64,000 nt of DNA from Raillietiella orientalis (taxonomy: Eukaryota), in NCBI GenBank assembly GCA_036172245.1, contig JAYWIR010000042.1:1736001-1800000 (forward strand). Direction: 5' to 3'. A program made the translations under genes and the position numbers. The notes beneath the pieces are model-generated. The model was not told the DNA's origin. It saw only the letters and a list, made by a program, of their open reading frames with translations, and did not search any database. This document shows positions 35,601-48,151 of the stretch, piece by piece (positions within the stretch are counted from its first letter, which is position 1; every line of letters begins with the position of its first letter).

Positions 35601-38600
35601 CTTCGGTGATTAACGAGTCCGTCCCTTCCCCTCACCCTCTTTCAACGGATGCGCCACCTCCCGCCACATGTTCCGCACCCTGGCATTGCCTCAACTCCCC
35701 GTGGCCGTGGTGCCAGCTGGAGAGAGCATTGCGAAGCGCCTCTGCTCTTGTACCGACTTGGGTTTTCGACGCCGGCAAGTCTCTCGACCACGAAGTGGTT
35801 GGTGTCGCCTTGTCTGTGTGACTCGCTGTTGGCTGCAAACAAAACACGGATGGGACGACCGAGGACTAGTGCCGTTCCTCACCTCTCTGGTCTGAGCGGC
35901 CCGGGAGTGCCTTCAGAGGAAGCGTGGTCTCGGAACCTTCCTTTGTCCTCCTCGGACTTCTCCCGGTAAACAGTTTTCCAGAGAGACCGGAAGGATCATC
36001 GGACTGAAGAATGAATCCTTGGCTCAGATGCAGCAAAAGACTCCCGCACCCACACGTTCCTCTGTAACTCAACCTGGGAAGTAGAGGCACATACATTTCC
36101 TCGGAAGAGACCCTGTGGCAGATCGAGCACTTTGCCCCTCCGTCCTCCTCGCTAGCTAAGCGGGTGGTTGCGAAAGGGTGAGAGATGTCTTCATGTTGCT
36201 CTTCTGGAAGCCTTCAGTGGAAGCCAGTGCGGGTGATCTGGGAAAGGGAAGGGGCGGTTCGTGACCGGAGACTGCCAGCAATGGATGAAATCCGCGTGTT
36301 GCTTGGCTTCCTTTCTTACCTTGTGCAGGTCTTGGCTCCCCAGTAGCTTTTTGAGCTTTCGATCGCAGCGAAGGAGAGATCCCGAGAGACATCCGAGCCC
36401 GTTCCTATCGAACGGTGTCCCTCGGGATGACAACGGGGGGAGTTTTCGTCCATCGCAAAGCTCTTTTACGTTCCGCACGTGGATGAGGACATCCTTGTCT
36501 TTTCTTGACCCCGTGGACTGTGTGAGAAAGAGAAGCAAGGATGCACGGCTTTTTCTCGAGTTGCAACAGCTGCATGGAAGCGGGCTATGGTATCTCCTCG
36601 CCACGTGGGGGCTGCTAGGGACCGGAATTGGTGCGTTGCCCCCGGTTCTCAAGTCCGTAATCTGGGCGGAACAAGCGGTGTGCCCTGAGCAGTTCGCACT
36701 TGCTTACGTCGCATCCCCGCTCAAGAAGAAGAAGAAAAACAACGCTTGAAAGCTCCTGGTTATGATGCGGCCGCCGGTACGGCACGCTTGGGATGCCAGC
36801 CTCCTTGCCGTCTGGAGTGAATCGGGAGAGAGTTCGAGAGACGCAGGTTTCGGACCTGCAACTTCAAGTGTCTTAGCGGGCGTCGCTGCAGAAAGATGCG
36901 CTTTCTCAGACGAAAAGTAGAGCGGAGAAGACGGTGCAGACATCGAAGTACTCTATGAAGGGAAGGATGGTGTGACTCTCTTGAACTTTTATGGAGGAAT
37001 TCTGGCAGCTGAAGAACTGCTAGACGTGCCTAGAGACCAATACGCCACGCACTCCAGGATGAACATTCACCCTGCTCCGAACTCACTAGCGAAGAACCAC
37101 GAAGAGTGCACATCCTAAGACACTATGACCGATGTCCTCAGAGAACATCTGAAGGTGTTTAAAGTCTGTGTATACGTGGATATCACACTACATATATGTA
37201 TGTGTATTTATGGTAGCCTATATTTACTTGTGCATACTATACTGTATACAGTGCCATTCATATGCATACATACATATACAGTGATACATCGGTACTCGTT
37301 GGTGATTCGTTCCCGAACTCGTGACGAGTATCGAACCAATTTTTATTCAACCATTTTAGAACCTGTGATTAACGCTTAAAATGCACAGAAAGCACACAAA
37401 AAGGGACGATTCGGGAGGCACTCCATGGAAGCGTTCGGCGCCGTTCTCGAGCTACCATAAGACGAAAGCGTTCCCTTGTTTCATCACAAATGGGTGTCAA
37501 GTTCCGGGCATGCGCCGAGTGTCGAAACATTTTTTTTTTGCTCGTCAAAATGCGACGAGTACCGAGTTTGTCGAGTACCAAGGTACGACTGTATATAGTG
37601 CGGATGTCTGCACCAAGTTTAGCACGAGTCTATGGAGGAAGATCTGATTACGTTTATGAGGTCGGGTTGTGCATCGCTCATGCAGACGTCTTCAAAGAAT
37701 GCTGCAAAACATACACGTTGCCTGCAACGATGCTTTCCTTGGGGAACGGACACATGGATCTGCCCCGATAAGCGTCACCGGTTTTCGCTCTTCTCGGACC
37801 GAGAGACACCATATCAGCTCGCTTCCGAGCCCACACGCTGACCGACCACGGGGCACGTTGCTGGTGGCCTTGTACCCGAGCCGCACGTGCGAGGGCGGCG
37901 ACTTCCTCGCGGAGCGCACTCCTCCTCAGAAGGTGGCACCGCGGTGGGCACGCATCACGTAACACGCCGCGGACCGCAATGCTCAGGGACGGTCGCGCGG
38001 GCCGGAAACTCGTCCGCCTGGTATCCTCGGTACGGCCCTTCCTGATAACCGACGACAAAATTCCTCTTTCCACTTCCCACTTGGACGGCGAAGCTCCCCT
38101 CTTTCCTGTGCCTCCCGATTCCCGAGAGGGGACTCGGATGCCACCTCGACACACTCCATACGGGAAGAAGGGAAGGGCGCAAAACTCAAAGGAGGCAGAC
38201 AAAGCGAACTCTCGTGCCCTTGGATTTTGCAGAGGAAGGGGAGTACCTGGCTCTGGATCTGGGGGGCACCAACTTCCGCATCCTTTACGTGAAGTTCGTG
38301 GAAGGTAGAGTGGTGGACGAGAAGCTGGAGCGCTACGTGGTCTCCAAAAAGTACCACTCCTGTCCCGGGTACGAGCTCTTCGACTTCCTGGCCGTGTGCA
38401 TCCACAGCTTCCTGAAGAACAACGACCTCCTGGGAGTGCACCTCCCCATCGGTGAGTTTCTTCCGGCCCCTCTCCAAGAGTCCGGAGGTGGCGAGCGTGC
38501 TGCCTTCTGCTCTAACCCCCTGCCTCCCCTCATCGTTTTTCCCTTCCCCTCTCCCGCAGGTTTCACCTTCTCCTTCCCTCTGCTGCACCACGGCCTCGAC

Positions 38601-41600
38601 GTTGGGATCCTGGTGCGCTGGACAAAGGCTTTCAGCTGCGCGGGGGTGGTGGGTCAAGATGTCGTCGAGATGCTGAACGACGCACTGGAAAGACACGGAG
38701 ATGTGAACGCCAGGGTGACGGCCATCCTGAACGACACTACAGGTGTGACCATCTCGTTCCCTCTAGTCTTCCCTCCCCGGTCCCATCCCTCTGCTCGCAC
38801 ATTCTGCGGTCCTCGTTCCCTCCTCCTCCTTCCCGCCGCGGTTCGTGACAGGCGGTCGGACGAGGCGTTTGAGAAGAGGCACATGCGGCACCGTCTCCGG
38901 ATCCGCCTCGGGGGACCAAGACCGGTGGTCTGCCGAGATCCGCGCCCCCATGTCCCATTTTACCTGGAACGGGTCGGCGGTGCACGTCCGGGACGTCTCG
39001 AGCGCAGGGGAACGACCCCCACCTGCACACGAACCTCTCCAAGAGACCCAGGAACCCGACGACAAAGTGATGGCGTCCTCTCCGCTTCCCAGCCGAAGGC
39101 GACACTCGTCCCGGGACGAAAGAGGTTCTCTGTCGCCACGGCTACTCGGCAGAGGCGGCTGCGGTTCTCCTTCCCCCTTTTCCCCTTCCTCCCAGGAATG
39201 CACGTGCCTCGGGGAACACGCATCTCACCTCCCCCGCATTTTTCTCATGAGTCTTGCGAAGGTCCTCTTCGCTTCAGGTGAAAGCGCAGGCGCGATCTCC
39301 GTGAGCTTCCATTTCTACCTGCTCTTTCCTCAGCTCCAGTACCGTCACCTGGTGGTGAGGATGCCGCTCCCCATGCTTTCTTTCTGAATTGGGAAGGGAG
39401 AGGGAGAGGAGGAGGAAACAAAATCACTGAATCACTGACGGTTGCGCAGAGGTAACCACGGGAGCCCTTGGATCCCAGAAATGAGGGAGTGCGATGGAAT
39501 GACGAAGGAGAATCCTCCTTTTCCCTTTCTGCGAGAGTTCTTCCCTCCCGTGTAGAGGGAGCGGGACGAGCGGCGGCCAGCTGCTGGCCGCGCTGCGCTC
39601 CGGGAGCCCCTGCAGGAGAAACGGATGAGGGGGAGGGATTTAAGGGAGGCTGGAAATCCCGAAGGAAACTTGACGTGAGGATGGGTGCTACAATGGAGTG
39701 AGTGGTAAGGTAGACCACATGGGCATGGGCCACGAGGAGGAGATTGGGCTTCCTTGACCTCTGAAGAACTGGAGAAAGTCTCTTCCAGCATTCGCTGCAC
39801 CCTCCGGCTCCCCCCTTTCTGCTCCGGCACCGAGATCCGCAGAAGGCAGCAGTCCCCTGCCCATTCCTAAACTCCCCGCGCTTCCCATCCCTCCACACCT
39901 CCTCTTCCTCTCATCTCTGCCTTTCTCTGCCGAGGGGAGAAGCGCGGAAACCAAGAAGATGGCGAGTCCGAAGCACAGAGCTGTTCCTCGGAAGGACTGC
40001 GCATCGCGCAGCACGGTCCCCCTTTTCGAAAGCGCGCAGAATCCACAAAATGAGATTGGCAACGGAAGCGGTGGTGGTGGTGGTGGTGTGGGGTAGGAGG
40101 GTGGGAAGGAAGGAAGAAGTATGGGGAAGAAGCATCTCTGGAGGTTTCCCTTCGATCGGACCCTCCGGCCTACAAACGAGCGTCCCTCCCTCCCTCCAGT
40201 GAGCCCCTCCACCCCGAACGCGTCAGAAAGAAAATTCGTGCGCTGCCCCTCTCCACCACACTGCTGGGGATTGCCGACGCCTCCTTCGCCTCGTCTCCTC
40301 TCATGGATGGCGTTCCCCTTCCCCTCCTTTCCCGCACTCTTCCCGTCTTCCCCGCGCCGGTCGACTCCCAAGTAGGCGGTCGAGCTTAGACTACCAGGCT
40401 CGAAGGACCCTGCGGTGATCTTTGCTTCGCCCGAGTCTAGGACGCGCTGCTCGCGCTGCGACGAGCACGTCCCCAACTGTCTGCCTGTCTCTGCCGCAGG
40501 GGTCCTGGTGAAAGGATCCTACTTCGACGACCACACCTCCGTGGGTCTCATCCTGGGAACAGGCAGCAACGTGGCCTACGTCGAGGACATCAGCAAGGTG
40601 GAGAAGTGGGAAGGTCGCAGGGACGGAATAAAGAAGGTTTGCATAGCCAGGGGGATATTTTTTTAGGGCACATCTTGCCCTAAAAAAATGCATCTTCTGC
40701 TTTCTTTCGAATTCCTGGAAAAAAAAGCATAATAATAGCGCAGCTCGTACACACGTATGCGTATTTTTACGTGCATGCATGCATATATACAATACTATAC
40801 ATATGTTTAGATTACACACGCATATATGCACGTCTATGTAAATATGTGCATGCACTTGAGAATTGCATACTTAGTCCCGTATGTACAAAATCGCGTTGCT
40901 TGAATAGAAGTGTCTGTGTGACCAGATGGCACACGCTCCATAGCGTGACCTGTTCTCATGTTAAGATAAACATGAATTCACGAATACCACGAATCCACAG
41001 AAAATCACGTATTGATATTCACATTCTATGATTTACAAAGGTTATTGTCAACGTAGAGTGGGGAGCCTTTGGTGACAACGGGGTGCTCGACTTCATCAAG
41101 ACAGACTACGACAGGCAGGTGGACGAGCGGTGCGTCCACAGCTCCTTCCACACGTGAGTTCTGGGTGGGCGAATGGAGGGAGTGGTAGGAGAGGGCGTAT
41201 GGGTATCCCTTTTCACCGGGTGCACATGAAATGCTTTGCGTGTGAGTGTGTTTCGAGCTCTTTCATCTGAAGAGAGAAAAAGAATTGTTGCTGCCCGAAC
41301 GCCATCGGATGTGGGAAACACATTCGAAAAGATGCGTTGGTTTTCTGGCCGTGTTTCCCCCCCCCCCCCACACACACACACATGTGAAGAATGAAACCGT
41401 GTACCATGTTTTTCGCTTGCCTCTCCCCCCCCCCGCGCGCGCTCTTTTCTTTATTCGTGCGGGGCGATCTTTCCGAAAGCGTTAGGACTGCCTCCACGGA
41501 ACTCCGTCGGGAGCCCTTGATAATTCCATAATTTACAGCTTCGAGCATAACGGGGAGGATGGGAAGTGCTGACGGCGCTGCCACGCACGTCCTGCTGATG

Positions 41601-43658
41601 ATGGTTTCGCTATCTCGTCCTCCGCATCGGCCCGATGAGATAACGTGGCTTCCATGCTCCCCACCCAAGAAACTTGCCTGTTGTGTCATCGCATTCTTTC
41701 TCTCCACAGCATGTGCTTGCCGAGTGGCTTTCGCCCGTGCCTTGAAGTTTCCGACTTCCAGCGTTTGCTCCCTTACTGGGCATCTGCAGGGAGAGGAAGA
41801 TGAAGCAAAAGAAAAGAAAGCCAAAAGAGCGAGGCGAGCGTGACTTTCGATTCTTCCGAGTCTTCGAAAATGGCAGTGTCGCATGCAGAGTTCAGTTTGC
41901 AACTGCTGTTTGCACACGTGTCGACTTTTTAGCATGTGCGCCGTGCACGCGTGTGTTGCCTGCTGGTCGCTTTTACTCGCTCGATTTACACTTTGGTGTG
42001 CGAGCACACGGCTACCCGCCGCAACCCGCTGGAACGCTTGCAGACTCTTCAGGAAAGCACTTGTCCACCTTTGCAGGTTTTCATCGCTGAGAACTCGCTT
42101 TCCTCCTTCTGCTCTTCAGAGAGATACAGTCCCTCTTTTGAATTTCCCTCTTAGAAGAGAGTTTTCTGATTACGTTTCCTGCATTCCTTTGTTCTCCTTT
42201 TCTTTCGCTGGCCTTTAATTTACTCTTTTGCTTTTTCCCTCGAATTGAATCACGTGGTATGCACAACAGACGAATATATGGGATTGCGTTTCGTGCTGCG
42301 TGCACTCCACTTGAGAGTAAAGAACCGGATGAGCTGGAGCAGCCAGGGAGTAGAGATTTCTTCTCCCCTCCCCCCCTCTCCCGTTCAGCTCCAAGTGCTA
42401 CCAAATCGTCCAATCTCTTGTTGCCCACTCGAATCCGTAGGGATGATGATACCTTCTTCAGCTACTGCGTTGCTGTAACGGCGGGCGGAAATCTTGTCTC
42501 GACTCTGCTTGCCAGAAGCTGAGAAGCTTTCTGGATACAGGAGGAAGTTGCCAAGTGCTCCAGCTACACAGTTCCAGAGAGATGCAGCGGCGTCCTGGAT
42601 CTCAAGCTCCTTGGTGTCTCCAGGAACTCGGGAAGCAGAGTGCGAAAGTTTCGCTTCAGAGGAACTTCTCGTGAGATCCCCTCGGATGACAGTTTTTGCC
42701 GCACACAGGAGTCTGCATGAAACTTCTTCCCTGCGTTTAGAGTCCGATCCCTCCCAGCACCGGGACAGCGGGGTGCGCTTCCGGAAAGTGAATCTGAAGA
42801 TTTTCACAATTGTGTTTCGGTTTCTCCTTTCCTCTCCTCTGGTTTCCAGTCCTGTTCCAGTTTCCCTCGAGGAGTCTCCCCCAGAATCGCTTTGAAGACC
42901 CCGCATCTCCCTTTGTCGTCACCCCATTCCTCACTGAGATTACAAGGTTTTTTTTTTTTCCTAGGTTCGAAAAATATTTCGCTGGAAGATACATGGGGGA
43001 AGTCGTCCGCCTGGTGCTCATACATCTCATGCGTAAAGGTCTGATCTTCCAAGATGAAGCTTGCGAGTGTCTAGAGGAGTGGAACAGCTTCCCGACCAGC
43101 TACGTTTCGGAAGTCGAAATGTAATACAGTATAAGCAGTGCGATATTGGTACGAATCCCATTGTGGGAACGTACGTAGGGACAACCTTCAGTGCGAGATC
43201 CAAAGAACGGCAAAGATTCTGGATTCGTTGGGCATTGCTCACACCCACGACGACATCCTCACTGTGAAACATGTCTGCTACGTGGTGTCCGAGAGGGGAG
43301 CCATTTTAGTCGGATTATGTGAGTGTTTCTGCGACCATTCCTGAGTTTTCTGAATTTTGAATGCTGGGTCTCAAAATCAGGTTTGTCCGTCATACTGGAT
43401 CGTATCCACCAAGATTCCGTTACTATAGCAGTAGACGGAAGCCTGTACAAGCACCATCCCCGGTTTCACGATCTTATATCCAAGTACATTCAGATGTTTT
43501 CCCCCAACAGGAAGGTATAAGTTAGCAACCTGCCCGTAGACCTTCGTTCAACCTTCCCTTTGCAGCTAAGGTTGATGCTCACTGAAGATGGAAGCGGAAA
43601 GGGTGCTGCATTAGTAGCTTCTGTGGCCGACAAGCAAAGATCACGTTTCGAGAAATGA
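32608..43658 (+). CDS. HK: Hexokinase; exons 32608-32682, 35156-35318, 38233-38451, 38560-38742, 40500-40636, 41041-41153, 42965-43120, 43179-43318, 43381-43514, 43566-43658
   Basis: Motifs [53 protein letters not shown] and EDGSGKGAA; all junctions GT-AG and in phase. AATAAA at 43682 and 43692. Confidence 0.95.
32850..33900 (+). mobile_element. EVE: PB2 N-terminal half in hexokinase intron 1
   Basis: GALG...[23 protein letters not shown] ~ GTFG...[46 protein letters not shown] gap-free with [23 protein letters not shown]. Confidence 0.75.
33950..34900 (-). mobile_element. EVE: NP in hexokinase intron 1
   Basis: [19 protein letters not shown] ~ [29 protein letters not shown] ~ TGGPIYRR; SPVAH ~ [14 protein letters not shown] ~ [17 protein letters not shown] ~ SPRGKLST. 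Confidence 0.75.
35550..37070 (+). mobile_element. EVE: PB1 (N-terminus to beyond motif E) in hexokinase intron 2
   Basis: TDAPPP...[13 protein letters not shown] ~ IDGPLP...[13 protein letters not shown]; motif A VTGDCQQW ~ [17 protein letters not shown] ~ IMFSNKMAR; motif [14 protein letters not shown] ~ MMGMFNMLSTVLG; motif C W...EQFAL ~ W...DDFAL. Confidence 0.85.
37445..38050 (+). mobile_element. EVE: PA N-terminal third in hexokinase intron 2
   Basis: [16 protein letters not shown] ~ [22 protein letters not shown] ~ [19 protein letters not shown] ~ [27 protein letters not shown] ~ [20 protein letters not shown]. Confidence 0.7.
38749..38956 (-). mobile_element. EVE: NP N-terminal fragment, close duplicate of 34692-34902
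   Basis: Nucleotide-level direct repeat of the NP 5' part in intron 1; abuts the donor of hexokinase exon 4. Confidence 0.8.
38980..40470 (-). mobile_element. EVE: NP, near full length, filling hexokinase intron 4
   Basis: REQRVLDS ~ [20 protein letters not shown] ~ [19 protein letters not shown] ~ WRGENG; LQRSRKP ~ VRESRNP; REPLSSR...SGE...LSSGSW...GGG ~ RGKLSTR...SNE...LRSRYW...GGN. Confidence 0.75.
41235..42810 (+). mobile_element. EVE: PB1 filling hexokinase intron 6
   Basis: EKKAKRA (41811) ~ EKKAKLA; LRKWQ ~ NTKWN; AFNLL ~ MFNML; IWDCVS ~ WWDGLQ; KLPS ~ [17 protein letters not shown] ~ LGPATAQMALQLF; collinear. Confidence 0.8.
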
Positions 43659-43839
43659 GCGCATGAGAACTGACTCAAAAAAATAAAATGAAATAAAACA
43701 AGCAGTTTCGTGTATTTCCCTGTTCTGTGGCAAAGAACGAATAGAGTGACTTATTATATTCGGTTGCAACGCTCATTGTCATAGAAAGTAAAGAAGACCG
43801 ATTTGCTCGCTGCAAGCCAAACGAGCAACTTAAGAAATC

Positions 43840-45025
43840 CCGTGAGTCTCTTCTTTGGCTGCTCTCCCCCTGCTGCGTGTAATAACCGAGGCAGGAAACT
43901 GGCTCGACATATGGCGCAATCCGAGATGACTTTGATGTGATTATGACTTCCTCTGCGTCCTTTCAAACCTCAGTTTCAGCTTAAGAGTTTCAGCCTAGGA
44001 GGGTTCGTTGCATCCGAGAAGCAGCATCCATCCTTCTCATCCGCAGTTGCATCATACCAGCTGAGCAAAAATGCCGTAAAGGACGAACAAAGGAAGAACC
44101 GATTCCTGGGAAGCTCGGCAAATCTCGCCCATCGCTACTTCAAATCGAAAGTGTCCAACTAAGCGAGGCTTGCAGCCACAGTGCCCGATTCGAGCACAAG
44201 AAAGCGAGAAAGAGTGCTCTTGTGATTATGGATTCAAACAACTGGCAAAACGGAATTCCGGCGATCTTTCGGGTCGAGTTTCTGCAGATTCTAGGTTCTT
44301 ACGAAACATGCAGATCGCTTAAACGAGCAGCTTAATTTCCCTCACCCGCAAAACACAACAAAAACCAAAGGTAAATTCGACTAATCGCCCGCAATCAGCA
44401 GAACTCGTGGAACTTACTGGACTTCTCTCATTTGCATTAGATTGCATGCTGTTAGCATTCATCCAAGAGGGCTTGCTCAGCATGCTTCCTTTTTATTCAT
44501 AGCAGGACGTGTGCGAGGCTTTTGCCACGGATGCCGACTTCGGGCCATTGCAGGGCCGATCTTAGTGCAAAATAAAAACCAGACCTGACCGGAAAGGAAA
44601 GTGTCCAACGCGGTGTCAGCTCCCCGTATTGGTGTACTGATAAGATCCGTGGTGCACTGTTTTCGTTGTTGCGGAAGCAGGATTCCATGCCAGAGCTTTT
44701 CGCACAGGGGAGGGCCGGATGATGTTTGGAAAGATGTTTGAAAAAAAATGAGTAGTTTCACGGGCATTCAAGTGACAAATAAAGTGAAGCGATTGCACGC
44801 TGTTCCTTAGATGGAAAAGGGGTCTTGAGAAAATGCGAGGTCTGCACACGAGCCGGGACTGGAGTCTGTTTCTTGCTGTTTATCATCTTTAGATGAGAAT
44901 CGCTTCCGCTGAAAGCTTTTAGCTGAGATCCCTCCGTTTTCAGCATGCTCCAGCACTGCATCCACAATTTTTCTCTATGGCTGCTCAGCTGATTCACTCA
45001 TAAAATGACCCCTTCCAAGCTTCGG
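43840..45025 (-). mobile_element. EVE: PB1 C-terminal half
   Basis: SLEGVIL*VNQLS ~ SLSPGMMMGMFNMLS; FSGSDSHLKMINSKKQTPVPARV ~ [29 protein letters not shown] ~ LGPATA; MQRTLL ~ RNRSIL. Confidence 0.8.
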
Positions 45026-45599
45026 AATTCGCATTCACAGTAAAAAAGATGAACCCCATCGTTGACTGCTGCAAAGAACAAATGGACAAATGGAATCGTT
45101 TGTGGAGATTCTAATCGAAAAATCGCCATCGAAAAATCGCTTCCCTAAAAAATGAGGTTGAGGTGAATTTATTTGAAGCATTCATTAAAAGTGTTTCGAA
45201 GCGATGCTTTACTGTGTGGCTTGAACATGAAAATGCTTCCAAATACTATTCACAAATGACTGATCATTTTAAAAAACAAAGTTGCAGACCGAAAAATGCA
45301 CCCCCCCTCAGCTATTGCCTACAACATGTTCAAGGTATCTTTTGTGTGCCTTCCATACATGTTTTTGGTAGCTATCCGAGGCGACTTTGTTACAGACTTT
45401 TTGTTTCTCTATTAATCTCCGTGCTCTTGTAGAAACTCCGACTGCTCATTTACTCGCGCCTGAACACATACACATGTGTACGCATGTATGTATATACATG
45501 CATGCATGCATAGCGCACACATACAATACATTGCTTCTAAACATTGTGCTTAGCTTTTGTTTGGAAAACAAAGAAAGAATTACGCATGATTTTTGACTG

Positions 45600-45940
45600 C
45601 AGGCCCAAGTTGTATTTTGTCATATTTTAGAAACTGGAAGGGAAGCAATTTGGAGGGAGAAATCTTTTTCGATACGGCTTTTGGGCAGAATAAAGTAGAA
45701 GTTCTCTTCATGTACAGAAATGCATTCAAAGTGATGCATAGATTTTCTTTGTTTCTTTTCTTTAGAACCATTATTCATAAATACGCTCCCTTAAAAAAAA
45801 AGAAAAAAAGAAAAACACACTTTATAATTTTCAAAGATCACATTGAGAACAGAAGTTCAACTCGTTGTGGAATGATAGTTAGAGTAACTCTGGAAAGGTC
45901 CTTTGAGATGAAGAACAAAAGGGGCTCTGTTGATTGCAGG
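45600..45940 (+). mobile_element. EVE: PB2 cap-627 linker fragment
   Basis: KDHIENRSST...VRVTLERSFEMKNKRGSV ~ KMGVDEYSST.RVVVSIDRFLRVRDQRGNV. Confidence 0.7.
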
Positions 45941-46389
45941 ACTGCTTTAAGCCTTATTAAATTACGACAAGGAAAATAAAAATCAAAAATGAGCACAAAC
46001 AGGAGTGTGTCCCACTGTGATCTGTCCTGCTGCAAACCGCTAAAAATGTTAAGTAAGCTTCTCTATTCTCTAAATTAGTCTTTCATGTTTCATTAGCATA
46101 ATACGATTAAGCAAATCCTTTCATGATAAAGGTTTTGCAGCAGCTGGATCTTTTTTATGCGATCTACAACTTTCATCGTAAGGACCGGATTTGATTCACC
46201 AAGTCATGAGGAGGAGAAATCAGGAAGTGATTGCGAGATTCTGGCCTCGTACACTGACTAATGCTATGGAATCCCTCCTGGAAGCTTCTAAACTTTGAGA
46301 AGTGCCACAATGAATAGTTTCTTCATTTTCCGAGGCGGCATCACAGATCAAAATTAGATCTTCATCTTTCGGGTGCACTTAATAGGAGA

Positions 46390-46700
46390 TGCAGTGTTAC
46401 GGAAGACGATAAGGAAACTGAACCTAGATGGGATACTTAAACCGCAGTTTCTCCACTGTCGTTTTGAACTGCGGTTTGTATGTGCCAATCTTCAAATAGC
46501 CAAATAGCCAGTTTCAAAGTTTGTTTGCTGTTCGAAACTGATACACTCCATTTGGCTGTGTGATGTTTCTGTCTGAGCATTCTCTCTTCCTGGATTTTTT
46601 GTTCAGCGAAAGGAGTTAGTAATCTATGCACGTCATGGCTTCCATTTTGCTGCTGCAATTCTGCTGATTTGCCACCATTCCTCTTTCCTTACTGGATCCT
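46390..46700 (-). mobile_element. EVE: PB2 fragment
   Basis: NPGRENAQTETSHSQMECISF gap-free with [39 protein letters not shown] ~ KEELQDCKISPLMVAYML. Confidence 0.7.
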
Positions 46701-46999
46701 GTGATCATGGTTCATTAGTAATGTGGGCTGCTCCTCCACTCATATATGAGTGGAGTAGGCCTTACCGGCACTCAAGTCGGTAAACAAGTGCAAAACAATA
46801 CGAAAAAGTGTTCCAAGAAAAACACAAAAACAATGAAAAATCAATCGACTGCAATTGTAAATTGTAATTTTGTTTTTTAAAATAATAAAAGCCCCGGCTT
46901 ACCCCGGGTGAAAACATATATGAGATTATCCCTTAACTATACTAAATTGCATGATTATGTTTGAATGACTGGACATCTTTGCTGATTTTCTTTCAGAAT

Positions 47000-47420
47000 A
47001 AATTCGATTTGGTTCATAAGATCAAATATCACCAAATAATCAGCAGTTTCACTGATGACGTCTTCAAAATTAAGCCTCAACGAAAATAAATATCCAAAGA
47101 TTACAGTAACTTCGAAGTTGCTCCTTATGAAGTGACTTTTGCACGCAAATCCGTCTCCTTGTGTTTGATGCAAGCAAACAGATTCAAATGCCAAACACGA
47201 GAGATGCATTCAGATTTCTCAAAAATCTGAAAAATGCATTCGAATTCAAGAGAAAATTTGAAAAGTGTAAGCATGTAAGTTCGTATGCAATCGGCCACTT
47301 TTGTGCGAAAAGTACTCGAAACAAAAAAAAAAAAAGATTCGTTCTAATAAACTACAGTTGAACGCAACATTATCGGCAAAAAGCTTCTCCTGATTTCTTT
47401 CTATTACACAAATAGATTTA
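47000..47420 (-). mobile_element. EVE: PB2 fragment
   Basis: FESVCLHQTQG ~ [10 protein letters not shown]. Confidence 0.55.
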
Positions 47421-48151
47421 TGTGTGCAGCACTCCTGTATAAAGAGAGAGAGGCATTGCAATTACCTCTCGGCTAGATTCTTATTCTTATATTGTTTTGA
47501 TGAAGATTGTTGATGATGATGATTACCAGAACTACTTTCGCTGCTTAAAGCAACTGAGATCCTAAAAATAAGGGGTGCGTATTATTTTGTCACCTAGTGC
47601 TTGAAATGGTTCTTATTCGTATGGAAATTAAACAGGAAATATGCATCCATTATTCATCTGGCAACCTATTTTTGCATATTACTTTACTGATGGCGTAAGT
47701 TTATGAAAAGATTGGAAATGGTGCTTAGCCCATGTGCCAGAGCCTGAGTACATGTAACAGACACAAAGTAGCTTTTTATTGTTTTGAACCAATGAATTTA
47801 TGAATATAGGTTATGTGGTGTATTCAGTTATTTCTGTTTTGTTACCAGCATTTATTCCATTTTTGTTGATCTCATATTTAGGAATAACCTTCTGAAGGAG
47901 TTTAGCACTAACGTAGCTATCAGAAATTTGCATCATGCACAGGTCCCTTTGAAAAGGACTACAAACATTACGCAACTATTTTTAAAAACAAGTATACTTA
48001 AACAGCTTATGCTTATGTTGCAGCAGGTAGTAACTTTTAGCCATTAAGCACAGTCCCATTGTAAATAATTTAGCAGATCTCTGTTTTTTGCACAGTATTC
48101 ATAATTACTCATAGTTGAAAATAAAATAAAAATGCAATGAATGAACAGCAG

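Noticed and set aside
31275..42906. Many overlapping 100-260 aa ORFs in the GC-rich zone as functional or domesticated viral genes
   Set aside because: Stop-poor frames are expected at high GC; catalytic motifs (e.g. PB1 SDD) are destroyed and frames shift, so there is no evidence of intact viral proteins.
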